Positions 9,257-20,566 of a stretch of 43,822 bases of DNA are shown here, piece after piece. Below the pieces are notes generated by a model. The model worked only from the letters and a program-made list of their open reading frames with translations. It made no database searches and had not been told where the DNA came from. The stretch is from a virus (lineage: Duplodnaviria > Caudoviricetes). Made by a program: the position numbers and the translations under genes. The stretch spans positions 1 to 43,822 of IMG/VR virus record IMGVR_UViG_3300017774_006154, one strand, 5' to 3'. Positions within the stretch are counted from its first letter, which is position 1; each line of letters starts with the position of its first letter.

Positions 9257-9879
9257 AGCGTATCATAATAAGAATTTTGCTTTTCTTGACGTTTAATGTC
9301 TTTGGGGTGGTAAAGAGACCACTCTTCTTCCGAAGGTAGTGTAGCATATGATTTAAAACCATGAAGCCTCTCGTGCACCTTATTTATCCAATAAATATCT
9401 GGCGTGTTCCTATAAATCCTCCACTGAAAATCGGGGAAGTTTATCCATCCCTCATTGTTTAAGTTCCAACCCCACTTCATAATATGTTGATCCGTTATGC
9501 CCTCAACAGTATTTACTCTTGGTACTAAAAATACATCTACTTGATTATTAGCCTCTAGTAGAATTGGTAAATTCTTTATTAACTGCTGATTGGGGTATTC
9601 ATCTGCATCAATTTGAACAATGTAATCCCCAACGCACTGCTTTGTCAAATAGTTCTTTAAATCTGCAAAATGACCTTCAAATTCAAAAGAATGCCATCGG
9701 AAAGGAGTAGCTGATACTGTTTTAGACCTTAAAAATTCATCAACAGATTTACTCCCATTTTTACTATCATATACAATAACAATCTCATCCTCAGCTCTTT
9801 TATACTCCGCTAGGGCATTTAATAATCTTTCTAGTTCAATTAATTCGTCCTTGATTGTTATGGCATATGAAATTTTCAT
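9253..9879 (-). CDS. Glycosyltransferase family 2
   Basis: ISYAIT, EIVIVYD, F..LKN, IDADE, VHE. Confidence 0.85.
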   Translation of the reverse strand: MKISYAITIKDELIELERLLNALAEYKRAEDEIVIVYDSKNGSKSVDEFLRSKTVSATPFRWHSFEFEGHFADLKNYLTKQCVGDYIVQIDADEYPNQQLIKNLPILLEANNQVDVFLVPRVNTVEGITDQHIMKWGWNLNNEGWINFPDFQWRIYRNTPDIYWINKVHERLHGFKSYATLPSEEEWSLYHPKDIKRQEKQNSYYDTL

Positions 9880-10214
9880 ATAATCTTATTTAAAATTTTT
9901 AACCTGAACTTATCCCAAGTAGAAAGACTATTGCGATTCCACGTATTCCTGTCCTCTAACTCGCAGTACAATTTAGAAACATAATTATGTAAAAAAAAGA
10001 AATCCCAAGAATATAAGTAAAATTTTTGAGTAGTAGTCTTATTTGGAAATGACAAATGAATTTCTAAAAGAGAATAAGTTTTCAAATTGTAAACTACTTT
10101 AATTACGAATATTACAAAATAACTATCCCGACCGCTCCATTCGATTTGAAGAGGAATGATATTTAAATTATGTCTTCTAAACTTCCAAGATATTTTTTCT
10201 AGTAATCTATTCAT
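9876..10214 (-). CDS. Hypothetical protein
   Basis: Start and stop overlap with both neighbours; no recognised motif. Confidence 0.6.
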   Translation of the reverse strand: MNRLLEKISWKFRRHNLNIIPLQIEWSGRDSYFVIFVIKVVYNLKTYSLLEIHLSFPNKTTTQKFYLYSWDFFFLHNYVSKLYCELEDRNTWNRNSLSTWDKFRLKILNKII

Positions 10215-10651
10215 TACCCAAATAATCCAATACTGTTTGCAGCTTCTGTAAATTGATCTTTATCAAACTTAACATAGGTAGTCATGTCAAGCTTGTGAGA
10301 TTGCCCTACTGGAAATTTAGACCTCTCGTCTTTTTTAATCAATGTTAACTTAACTGCAGCCCACCCAATGTCTTCCTTGCTAGTTCCATCTAAGAAAACC
10401 ATCCCTTTTTCTGGGAGAGTAATAGTTGCTGGATACCAAACAAGACCGCTCTTATCTACCGTTCTTAAGTCCTTGTAAAGTTCTGGGGTTGTATTTAATG
10501 TTTTTTTATCTAACTCACTACCGCTTTTAATGTGAGTGTTTGTAGACATCCCGCAACTAAAACAAGTTTTACTATATTCAGTTTCTGAATAGTCTAGGTG
10601 GTAGCATAGCTTACTCTCACATAGTTCGCACTCTACGAATTTATCTGTCAT
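10214..10651 (-). CDS. Zn-ribbon hypothetical protein
   Basis: CELC...C and CFSCG cysteine pairs. Confidence 0.6.
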   Translation of the reverse strand: MTDKFVECELCESKLCYHLDYSETEYSKTCFSCGMSTNTHIKSGSELDKKTLNTTPELYKDLRTVDKSGLVWYPATITLPEKGMVFLDGTSKEDIGWAAVKLTLIKKDERSKFPVGQSHKLDMTTYVKFDKDQFTEAANSIGLFG

Positions 10652-11928
10652 GATATTTTTGTTAATTTAGGTAAGGTTAGTGGCATTTGAAATGGAATAG
10701 AAGTCATATGTTTATCCAAAAGTGTTTTTAACTCTTGCTCCATATTCTCCATAGAGAACTTGGTTCTAACTTTATGTCCTTGTCTTTTTGCTGATATAAT
10801 TGCCTTATTGTATTTTGTATAAACTTCTTTGTAAACTTTTATAGCTTCTGCTTCATTTGCAGTAAACCAACTACTATTTTCTAAAATAATATTAGCAGCC
10901 AAAGCACTTTTATGTACTGGCTCTAATTTACCCCCTACAAAATAAGTGAATTCATTATCCAAGAAATCAACAGGACCAGACCAATAAGAGCAAATTATAG
11001 GTTTGTTAACTGCTGCAAATTCTAGTAATGGTCTTCCAAATCCCTCGCCTCTAAACAAGGTAATCATTGCTTTAATCTTAGGATGGTTATATAGGCTGTT
11101 CACGTCACTATCAGACAGTTCTCCATGCATAAGGTAGACATTAGGCAAAGTCTTCGCAGAGACCTTAGAAATAGCCTCTCTAATCTTTTCCAACATATTG
11201 GCTCTATCTGTTACAGATGCAGTTGCTGATTGAGTTTTTATAACTAATGCTGGAGGTGATGGCCTATCCTTAAATGCCTCTAAGAATGCCTTAATAGTAC
11301 CCCCTATATTCTTACGGTCTTGACCGAAACTACCCTGAAGCCAGTGCCCTAATATAAGAAATGCAGAAGATTCTGGCATAGCGTCTAACGCAGTGCTTAT
11401 TTCAGAATCCTTTATTTCAGACTGGGGGAAGTATTTTGTAATGTCTACCCCTTCAAATAATACCTCAACAGGTGCAATAGTCTTTAGTTTGTCAACTTTA
11501 CCAGAATTATTGTCCTTTATTTCATAAGTATATTGAGTCAATACATCCTTACTATGCTTAGATGATACCAATACAAGATTCATTCTGTTACATCCTTGAA
11601 TCCAAGTATAATCTGCAACCGTAGTTTCAATACCAGCTGTAATACCTATATTATATTTACCAGTAGGTTTAAATTCATTAGGTATAGTAATTTGTATCCA
11701 CACATCTGGATTACCTTCAAATGACCCAATTAGCCTATTTACCAAATCATTTTCATTATGATCTAGTAAATACCCAAATCTTGTATTACCCCATCTTTGT
11801 GAAAGCAACTTAATATCCCAGTCTGGGTATAAATTAATTAAAGCTTTTGCAAGGTCTCTGCTTCTTGCACCATAACCTGAATAAGTATCTATTGGGCAAC
11901 TTATGATGCATGTTTTTTTAGTACTCAT
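10648..11928 (-). CDS. Glycosyltransferase family 4 (GT-B)
   Basis: SGYG, RKNI, GEGFGRPLLE, KPII. Confidence 0.85.
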   Translation of the reverse strand: MSTKKTCIISCPIDTYSGYGARSRDLAKALINLYPDWDIKLLSQRWGNTRFGYLLDHNENDLVNRLIGSFEGNPDVWIQITIPNEFKPTGKYNIGITAGIETTVADYTWIQGCNRMNLVLVSSKHSKDVLTQYTYEIKDNNSGKVDKLKTIAPVEVLFEGVDITKYFPQSEIKDSEISTALDAMPESSAFLILGHWLQGSFGQDRKNIGGTIKAFLEAFKDRPSPPALVIKTQSATASVTDRANMLEKIREAISKVSAKTLPNVYLMHGELSDSDVNSLYNHPKIKAMITLFRGEGFGRPLLEFAAVNKPIICSYWSGPVDFLDNEFTYFVGGKLEPVHKSALAANIILENSSWFTANEAEAIKVYKEVYTKYNKAIISAKRQGHKVRTKFSMENMEQELKTLLDKHMTSIPFQMPLTLPKLTKIS

Positions 11929-13381
11929 ATAACGTATGGGGAATTAAAGTTTCAATTTGTGGTTCAACTTTTGCAAAATCAAATCTTGGTCTAGGCTTAA
12001 AGTGGTTAAATGTTGTTTCAACAGCTTCTACCACATTGTTGCACATCATTCTAGCAGACATACCAGATTCATCCGATGTAACCCATTGTCTAGCTTTAAG
12101 ACCATTTTCATTTCTCACTTCTTCAGGCATATTGTATACATCTAAAATAGCATCTCTAATATCTTCAATAGAAGCTCTATCATCGTAAATGTATGGAGTG
12201 GGTACAGATCCCATTACCGATATGTTTGATGGAAATACCGGGATGCCCCAGCTTCCACATTTCTTATACGTGCCCCTATGATTTGAGGGAAACTCCGGGG
12301 TGAAGTCAATCCAATTACCATTTTCATCTTCAAACCTAAGTTGATCTTGCATTCCGCCCGTAACGTTAGCTATAATCATTTTACCAGCCATCATAGCCTC
12401 AGTTAAGGATAATCCCCATCCTTCATTAGAAGAAATTAAAGCTGTAACATCAGACATATTATAAAAATGATTCATCTGCTCTGGGGTAAAACTTCTATTT
12501 GTAATATATACGGTAACATATGAAGGATCACAGAACGCTTTAATATTTGCATCCAGATTAGTTCCATTATCATCTAATGATACCGTATGCATAATCAATG
12601 CACATTTTGAAGCTGCTTCTTTACCAATAACATCACAGAATTCTTTATAAGCCAAAATAACATCCCCTGGTTTTTTTCTATGTATGTTTCTTGAATTCCA
12701 AGTAACAATAAATTTTTTATCCGATATACCTAGCTCTTTCTTCAAGGCCAATACTTTATCGTATTCTAGTGAATCCTTATCTATTGGGAAAAAAGTATTC
12801 TCATTAATTCCATGAGGTACATATTTAATTACCTTATCCTTAGCAACATCCCCCAATACAATCTCATTAATGTTTTTAGTTTGCTTTGAAATAGCCATCA
12901 ACAAATCACAAGACTCATAATAGTTTTTGTTGTACATTGGGGCTGGATAATTGTCCCAAATATTCAAATACATCAATGGAATTTTACTTCTTATTTCTCT
13001 TTCAATTTCAAAAAGCCAAGTCCAATACCGAGGATCTGTAAACATCATAACCCCATCAATTTTATAAGAAGTTAGTATCTGTCTAATTTTAGCGGCATCT
13101 CCATACCCAGTGCTGGCTATAAGACGGACATTGGCATCTGTAATGCCTATTGCATCGTTTATACTTTGAGATAAATCAAATATCTTTCCTGAATCGGGAT
13201 GACTCGACAGAGCTCCCAATATAACCCAATTAAATTTACTAGAAGTTCCTGCAACAATTTCTCTAGACATTGTGGCGATTCCAGAATGATACCTAATATC
13301 ATCTGCCAATAAAAGAATAGTTTTTCGGTCCTCCCTCTTAGTATAAGAAAATTTAAAATCTTTTAATTTTTCGGATAACAT
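11918..13381 (-). CDS. Glycosyltransferase family 4 (GT-B)
   Basis: SGIA, VPHGI, RNIHRK, EGWGLSLTEAMMAG. Confidence 0.85.
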   Translation of the reverse strand: MLSEKLKDFKFSYTKREDRKTILLLADDIRYHSGIATMSREIVAGTSSKFNWVILGALSSHPDSGKIFDLSQSINDAIGITDANVRLIASTGYGDAAKIRQILTSYKIDGVMMFTDPRYWTWLFEIEREIRSKIPLMYLNIWDNYPAPMYNKNYYESCDLLMAISKQTKNINEIVLGDVAKDKVIKYVPHGINENTFFPIDKDSLEYDKVLALKKELGISDKKFIVTWNSRNIHRKKPGDVILAYKEFCDVIGKEAASKCALIMHTVSLDDNGTNLDANIKAFCDPSYVTVYITNRSFTPEQMNHFYNMSDVTALISSNEGWGLSLTEAMMAGKMIIANVTGGMQDQLRFEDENGNWIDFTPEFPSNHRGTYKKCGSWGIPVFPSNISVMGSVPTPYIYDDRASIEDIRDAILDVYNMPEEVRNENGLKARQWVTSDESGMSARMMCNNVVEAVETTFNHFKPRPRFDFAKVEPQIETLIPHTLYEY

Positions 13382-13408
13382 ATTTTAATAATTTATTAAA
13401 TCTATAAC

Positions 13409-13439
13409 TAAAGATATTAAATTATATTTTAAATTCAAA
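13409..13439 (-). promoter_or_regulatory. Bacteroidota-type -33/-7 promoter candidate driving the glycan island
   Basis: Minus strand reads TTTG-N19-TATCTTTA; consensus is TTTG-N19-21-TAnnTTTG. Confidence 0.55.
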
Positions 13440-13450
13440 ATGAGTTTGAT

Positions 13451-13639
13451 TTATTTTGAATTCAACTCTATAACAATTTGATTTTGAATTTTTTTCCTAA
13501 ACTCATCATCAGTTATGTATAGATACATGGACCTGTCTGCTAGTTTTTGGAAGGTAAACCTATCCAAGTGTGCTAAGTCCTTAAAGTTTTCAAATAGGTC
13601 GATATCAACCTTTACGGAAGTTAATTTTTGTGTTACCAT
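13451..13639 (-). CDS. Small putative ribbon-helix-helix DNA-binding protein
   Basis: TSVKV strand followed by two predicted helices; 62 aa. Confidence 0.45.
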   Translation of the reverse strand: MVTQKLTSVKVDIDLFENFKDLAHLDRFTFQKLADRSMYLYITDDEFRKKIQNQIVIELNSK

Positions 13640-13790
13640 TTTAATTTATGTTTTTTACGTTTGTCGTGTTAGGAAATATAATATATTAATTATAAGGGTT
13701 CCTATTCTTGACATATCACCCGATGTTAAATTTATCGGTTATTTGATTTTTAGTATCGTGTACAACCATTTTAATTAACTAAATTAGGAT

Positions 13791-13813
13791 AAAGAGAGGT
13801 TTACGGCCTCTCT
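13791..13813 (-). terminator. Hairpin, possible intrinsic terminator
   Basis: AGAGAGG-CCGTAAA-CCTCTCT followed by a short T tract on the minus strand. Confidence 0.5.
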
Positions 13814-13844
13814 ATTAGTATCCAAATTTTATTATCTAACTAGT

Positions 13845-14057
13845 TTAATTATTACTAGAACTTACATCTTTCACCTGTCTCAAAACCTCTAGTAGCTTTT
13901 CGATATAGACAGCACCATCTAACAACTCCTCTTGCAAATGAATGAGCCATTCCTCTTTATTAAGATCATCTCTTTCCATAGTTACCCCATACTTCTGGTA
14001 ACCTGTTGCAGCTCGAGTTAGTAATTTATTAGAAACTCTATCCTCAATTTTACTCAT
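13845..14057 (-). CDS. Small all-alpha NTP pyrophosphohydrolase-like protein (MazG superfamily)
   Basis: R...G..KYG...W..H..EE..D..VY acidic helix motif. Confidence 0.45.
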   Translation of the reverse strand: MSKIEDRVSNKLLTRAATGYQKYGVTMERDDLNKEEWLIHLQEELLDGAVYIEKLLEVLRQVKDVSSSNN

Positions 14058-14265
14058 TTGGGAAATAACGATTTAGGGTTTCAAGGTGGTCATCAGCGTC
14101 TACTAATCTCTGCAGTGCCTCCTGAGCATCCTTAAAGAAATCGTTAGCTGTATGGTCTCCAATACCTACTGCATGCTCTGTTAGTAATTCAAGAGACATT
14201 AATGCCTTCTCTCTATCTGCGACAGCTTGCGCCCTCAATGCTTTTATAACTCTAAATTCTGCCAT
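14050..14265 (-). CDS. Hypothetical helical protein
   Basis: 71-aa ORF in operon context. Confidence 0.6.
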   Translation of the reverse strand: MAEFRVIKALRAQAVADREKALMSLELLTEHAVGIGDHTANDFFKDAQEALQRLVDADDHLETLNRYFPNE

Positions 14266-14276
14266 AACCTTATTTA

Positions 14277-15473
14277 TTACATGTATCTAATTACGTTGGT
14301 ATCATCTTCAGGATTTCTCAATTTATTAAAATCTGAAGTTGAGAATTGGGCGGTGTCACCTGATTTGAGTAGTACCTCAGTGTAGTGGGGAGATTGTCTA
14401 ATAATTCTTACAATATCAGATAATTTAACCTGATTTTGATTTGATTCTTTAACTTTAGGGGCTACTACAACAAGTGCGGCTTTCTCTTCTACTACAGGTG
14501 TTACCTCAACTTCTGTTTGTTCAACTTCTTCTACAGGAGTTTCCGAGTGTGTTGTGGTTTTTTTAAGGGATTCTTTTGTGGTTTTCATATTATATAATTT
14601 GTTGGTAAATAATTTAAATGGTGTTAAAGGTTTATTTATTTGTTCCTTTTTTTTTAATAAGTCCTCTTCAGACTCTTCCTCTTTATTTGAAGTTATAACA
14701 TTAAATACTGTAACTAATGCAAGTGCTAATGGGTCAAATACTATAACAAGTAATAAGATAAGGTAATTAACAACAATATCTAACTCCAATCCAGATACCT
14801 TTGAAATATACCTTAGAGATCCTACTTCACCTGAACTTAGTAAATTAGTTCTGAGTTCAAGTTCTTGGAAATTAATTTCTTCAATATCCTTTGTAAGAAT
14901 ATCTAATTTAGAATCTACATCTTCCTCCCTATCACTTAAATCATCTAGCTGTCTTTCTAACGCCTTTCTATTTGAAGATGATGTACTAGTAAGTATATTA
15001 CCCTGAGCATCCTTATATTTAACTTGATTATTGGATAAACCTAGTTGTAAGTCCCCAATACTCTTAGTAATCTGCTGCTTTTGTGTTAAAAGCATTTCAA
15101 ACTTAGCATCTAATCCTTTCTTTTTTACCTCCACTTGATTTAATTGCTCATCTACAACACCTACTTTATTAGATGTTTGCTGATATGCAGAAGATAAAAA
15201 ACCATATATACCTGTTGAGGTGATTACTACAAGTACAAATAAAGCTACAGCTAAATATACCTTTAAATAAATTTTTAATAACTTCCAATACCTGTACAAT
15301 ACTGAAGCTATTATTAATTTTGAAAACTCCAAAGTACTAGCCATTATAATAACAGCCACACTAGCTCCTGCAAATAAATCCCCCAATCCAGTTACAGAGT
15401 AGAAAGCGGCGGTAGCAGATACTGCTAATGCTGAAATTGCCACTAAAGCTGGAAATATTACAGACCTAATCAT
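14277..15473 (-). CDS. Membrane protein with coiled coil and low-complexity C-terminal region
   Basis: Three N-terminal hydrophobic helices, a heptad-rich middle, a fourth TM (LLVIVFDPLA) and a Glu-rich tail. Confidence 0.7.
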   Translation of the reverse strand: MIRSVIFPALVAISALAVSATAAFYSVTGLGDLFAGASVAVIIMASTLEFSKLIIASVLYRYWKLLKIYLKVYLAVALFVLVVITSTGIYGFLSSAYQQTSNKVGVVDEQLNQVEVKKKGLDAKFEMLLTQKQQITKSIGDLQLGLSNNQVKYKDAQGNILTSTSSSNRKALERQLDDLSDREEDVDSKLDILTKDIEEINFQELELRTNLLSSGEVGSLRYISKVSGLELDIVVNYLILLLVIVFDPLALALVTVFNVITSNKEEESEEDLLKKKEQINKPLTPFKLFTNKLYNMKTTKESLKKTTTHSETPVEEVEQTEVEVTPVVEEKAALVVVAPKVKESNQNQVKLSDIVRIIRQSPHYTEVLLKSGDTAQFSTSDFNKLRNPEDDTNVIRYM

Positions 15474-15489
15474 TTACTTTTAAATATAA

Positions 15490-15729
15490 TTAGTCATCAA
15501 AACTAATTTCCTGTTTATATTGAGTTTCAAACTCAGAGTTAACATGGCCACACTTAGAACAAGCAAATACTGGGACGGGCATATATGAAGGTTGTGATTG
15601 GCCTGTTAACAATCCTGGGACCTTCTGGATTCGTAATTGCTGTTCGAAGTATAAGTGATCACATTTATCACAAGATATGTTCGTTGTCTGCTCTAGACCT
15701 ATGTTGATTTGTTGTTGTTGATTTCTCAT
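15490..15729 (-). CDS. Zn-ribbon protein
   Basis: CDKC...CSKCGH. Confidence 0.65.
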   Translation of the reverse strand: MRNQQQQINIGLEQTTNISCDKCDHLYFEQQLRIQKVPGLLTGQSQPSYMPVPVFACSKCGHVNSEFETQYKQEISFDD

Positions 15730-15742
15730 AGTATTAAAATTT

Positions 15743-17411
<1,669 letters not shown>

Positions 17412-17416
17412 CTATT

Positions 17417-17710
17417 TTATTTTATAACTCCGAGTATTTCTCGGTCCGGTAAGATATAATATTCGTCCCCTTCAAAATCAATTCTGATAACTCCAATTTT
17501 AGGAACAAGTACTTTGTCTCCTACTTCAACTGAAATTGCAACAAATGAACCGAACTCTGATGTTCTACCAGGTCCTACTGCAATTACCTCTCCAATTTGT
17601 GGTTTTTCTTTACCTAAATCTGGAACAATGATACTTCCATACAATTGTTCAGATTCATCAATGGGTTTAACAAGCACTTTGTCGTGCTTCATAACTAACT
17701 GTTCTTTCAT
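17417..17710 (-). CDS. groES: Co-chaperonin GroES
   Basis: [27 protein letters not shown]. Confidence 0.95.
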   Translation of the reverse strand: MKEQLVMKHDKVLVKPIDESEQLYGSIIVPDLGKEKPQIGEVIAVGPGRTSEFGSFVAISVEVGDKVLVPKIGVIRIDFEGDEYYILPDREILGVIK

Positions 17711-17729
17711 AAATAATTTTATTGTTTAT

Positions 17730-17760
17730 TAAATATACGAAGATAAGATCAAATTACCTA
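17730..17760 (-). promoter_or_regulatory. Bacteroidota-like promoter candidate upstream of groES
   Basis: TAGG-N19-TATATTTA on the minus strand. Confidence 0.45.
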
Positions 17761-17885
17761 CCTTGACCTACATACTTTTTAGGTTTTTGTTCGTATTTAG
17801 AGTAACCTTTTTTTCTTACCCCAGATCTCTTCTTACCAAAAGAAATTTTACGTGACTCAGAAGCTGATTTTGATTTTGTAGCCAT
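17754..17885 (-). CDS. 43-aa highly basic protein (not in ORF track)
   Basis: Manual translation MATKSKSASESRKISFGKKRSGVRKKGYSKYEQKPKKYVGQGR; A-rich leader; fills the polA-groES gap. Confidence 0.75.
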   Translation of the reverse strand: MATKSKSASESRKISFGKKRSGVRKKGYSKYEQKPKKYVGQGR

Positions 17886-17942
17886 TTTTTAATATTATAT
17901 GTTGTTTAATATATAATATAAATATGGTTATTGTATATAACA

Positions 17943-20273
17943 TTAGTGAGCATCACGGAAATTTTTTCCAACTTCTGGTATAGCAATTAATGGTACCCCA
18001 TCTAACTTTGTTGTCTCCTCCATATAATATTGAATGATTGGTTTTGCTCTTTCAATATCACTATCCGATACTTCACAAATAAGTTGGTCATGTATTTGGG
18101 CTATAACTAATCCTTTTATCCCATCCTTTATAAATCTTCTATTTATTTCCATTGCCGCTCTGTTTACAATAGATGCGGATAAACTCTGAATCTGAAAATT
18201 TAATGAATTGTTAAGGCCATTTTTATAATCCTTATATACTTTATCTATAGCCTCTGCTCCATAAGATTCTGATAACTCTTTTCTAAACTTCCAGTCCATC
18301 ATCTGGTCTTTAAATTTACCATATACCTTTTTAACAATAGGTAAATGTCTAGTTCTACCAACCATGTTTCTGATGAATCCATTCTCCTTAACAAAATTTC
18401 TAGACTCCTGCATCCACTTTTTCAACTCTGGAAATCCTTCTAAGTATCCTTCTACCAACTTGGCACCTTCTTTTTTATCTACTCCTATAGCCATAGACAA
18501 TGCATAGCCAGTCATACCATAAGGTACTCCCAAAGAGTAAGCTTTTGCCTGTTGCCTTTTAAGTGGATTTACTTTCTTTAGAAAATTAGGAGCCTTAGTA
18601 TGCGCACTTACCCCTTCTAGTTTTTCAGTCTGTATTGCAATATGAGAATAGAAATCCAAATCATCAGTGAATATCTTTTTTAATCCTGGGTCATTTGCAA
18701 CGTGGGCAAATACTCTAGGCTCCAATGAAGCATAATCCGTATCTATAAATTTTGTTCCCTTGTTAGATATGAAAAACGCTCTAACTAGATTTGTATACTG
18801 TACTACAATTGGTACATCCTCTCCCTCTTCTTTTGGTTTAGGTAACTGTTGTAAGTCAGAACCATACCTACCAGATACAGTTCCATTCTGTTTAAAATAT
18901 GGATAATAAACTCCATCATCATTATTATTTAAAAAGCGATCTATGTAGGTAGATTTAATTTTAAGTAACTTATTGTATATCCTCAAATTCTCAGCCCACT
19001 CATATTTGCTAGATAATTCCTCTATGACATCAGAATCAAATTTATCTTTGCCCGATGCAGTTTTATCCTTAGCCTCTTCTTTAAGATAGTTGAAAACTAA
19101 ATCTGATAGGTGCATAGTGGATTGAATATTTATTTGATCCCCCCCATTAGACTCTTTCCACATTTGATTTGATATCCTACCAACATGTTTGAAGTTTAAT
19201 AAATCCACATCCCCAGTCATTAAGAATTGTTTAATAGGAGAATCCTCTAATTTATCTATGTTCTTAACAGTTATAGAGTATTTACCTGATGGAGTTCTAG
19301 GAAGTGGTAGAGAGTAGAGAATACATAAATTTTGAGCCCAACTACCTTTGTTACTAGGAGGGAAAGTTTCTAAAGATTTATCTATAACCCACTTTTTACC
19401 CTCATCTAAACTCAAGATACTTTTGACTACAGATTGCTTATAGGATTTTAAATCTTTGGAAATCTGGTCATCAGTGCTAAGTAATAAATCTATATCCAAT
19501 CTAACTCCCCTATCCTCCATCGGAACAGTTACTTCCCTGTATATGGGCATAACCTCTTCTTCAAAGAAGAACTTTTCTAGACCCTCCTTATAAAGCTTAT
19601 CTAGGTAGAGATTGCAAATCCTAAGCGTTAAATCAGTATCTGCTGCACCATATTCACACAATATCTCTAAATCAGCCTTATAGATTTCAAAATTAGTTTT
19701 ATTTGTAGATCCCCCATTCTTAGAAACAGACTCTTTCATTCTAATCTGCTCCTCGTTTGCATCAGCATCCAGATCTAATCCAAGGGCTTCTTTATTCATT
19801 ATAGCTATAGATTTCAAAGCAAATGGACTTCCATAGCCAAAAGCACCTTCTTCCTCTACAGTATGTACTAGCATGCCTGTATCTACCCATACTGAGCTTA
19901 ATAAGTCTATGCCATAATAATTTTTGATTATCCTAAAATCATAAGATGCATTATGTGCAACTAACTTCTTTCCTGATAATTTACGTAGTATCTTTTTAGT
20001 TATTATCTCAGATGATTTTCCGGATATAAACAACTCTTTTAGTTGTTCCTCCTCGGTATCCCAGTACCACGTAGGTAGGTAAAAACTCTCCCCAGGTTTT
20101 CCGCAAACAGACCATCCTATTATCTTATCCCTTCTAACATTAAGGCCCGTTGTTTCGGTATCTATTGCTAAAATATCATAAGCACTAATATGATCTAATA
20201 GTAGATTAACTTTTTCAATGCTATCTACTGTTATGTAATTTTTTTGTATAGAACCTTTTGTATTTTCTGGCAT
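17943..20273 (-). CDS. polA: Family A DNA polymerase with 3'-5' exonuclease (no 5'-3' exonuclease)
   Basis: ExoI DTETTG, ExoII HNASYD, ExoIII YGAAD; motif A DYASLEPR, motif B RQQAKAYSLGVPYG, motif C IHDQ. Confidence 0.95.
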   Translation of the reverse strand: MPENTKGSIQKNYITVDSIEKVNLLLDHISAYDILAIDTETTGLNVRRDKIIGWSVCGKPGESFYLPTWYWDTEEEQLKELFISGKSSEIITKKILRKLSGKKLVAHNASYDFRIIKNYYGIDLLSSVWVDTGMLVHTVEEEGAFGYGSPFALKSIAIMNKEALGLDLDADANEEQIRMKESVSKNGGSTNKTNFEIYKADLEILCEYGAADTDLTLRICNLYLDKLYKEGLEKFFFEEEVMPIYREVTVPMEDRGVRLDIDLLLSTDDQISKDLKSYKQSVVKSILSLDEGKKWVIDKSLETFPPSNKGSWAQNLCILYSLPLPRTPSGKYSITVKNIDKLEDSPIKQFLMTGDVDLLNFKHVGRISNQMWKESNGGDQINIQSTMHLSDLVFNYLKEEAKDKTASGKDKFDSDVIEELSSKYEWAENLRIYNKLLKIKSTYIDRFLNNNDDGVYYPYFKQNGTVSGRYGSDLQQLPKPKEEGEDVPIVVQYTNLVRAFFISNKGTKFIDTDYASLEPRVFAHVANDPGLKKIFTDDLDFYSHIAIQTEKLEGVSAHTKAPNFLKKVNPLKRQQAKAYSLGVPYGMTGYALSMAIGVDKKEGAKLVEGYLEGFPELKKWMQESRNFVKENGFIRNMVGRTRHLPIVKKVYGKFKDQMMDWKFRKELSESYGAEAIDKVYKDYKNGLNNSLNFQIQSLSASIVNRAAMEINRRFIKDGIKGLVIAQIHDQLICEVSDSDIERAKPIIQYYMEETTKLDGVPLIAIPEVGKNFRDAH

Positions 20274-20298
20274 TGTAATTTTACTAGACGATTATTAT

Positions 20299-20481
20299 TT
20301 AATCAGCACTATCATTCAAACTTACAATAGCATCTTGTAATTCTTTAAGAGACTTTTCAAATACGTCCAAATTATTACTATTAAGCTTTTCTATGTAATT
20401 TAAAACTACAGTATATGGAATAACTTCTAGATCTCCAAGTTCTCTTATAATTAATTTGTGTTTTTCTAATTCTGGAATCAT
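20299..20481 (-). CDS. Hypothetical protein
   Basis: 60-aa ORF with an A-rich leader. Confidence 0.6.
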   Translation of the reverse strand: MIPELEKHKLIIRELGDLEVIPYTVVLNYIEKLNSNNLDVFEKSLKELQDAIVSLNDSAD

Positions 20482-20518
20482 TTTGTATCAAGTTTAGTTT
20501 TTAATATATTAATACAAT

Positions 20519-20540
20519 TAAAAGCCCCGAAGGGCTTTTA
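20519..20540 (-). terminator. Intrinsic terminator with cUUCGg tetraloop (could act in both directions)
   Basis: TAAAAGCCC-TTCG-GGGCTTTTA perfect inverted repeat. Confidence 0.8.
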
Positions 20541-20566
20541 TTTTAACATTACTAATTTAGTAATTA

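Noticed and set aside
1-13381. Glycan island as a host capsule locus flanking a prophage
   Set aside because: There is no att site, integrase or strand switch, phage-like small ORFs are interleaved, and no wzx/wzy/kps genes appear in the window.
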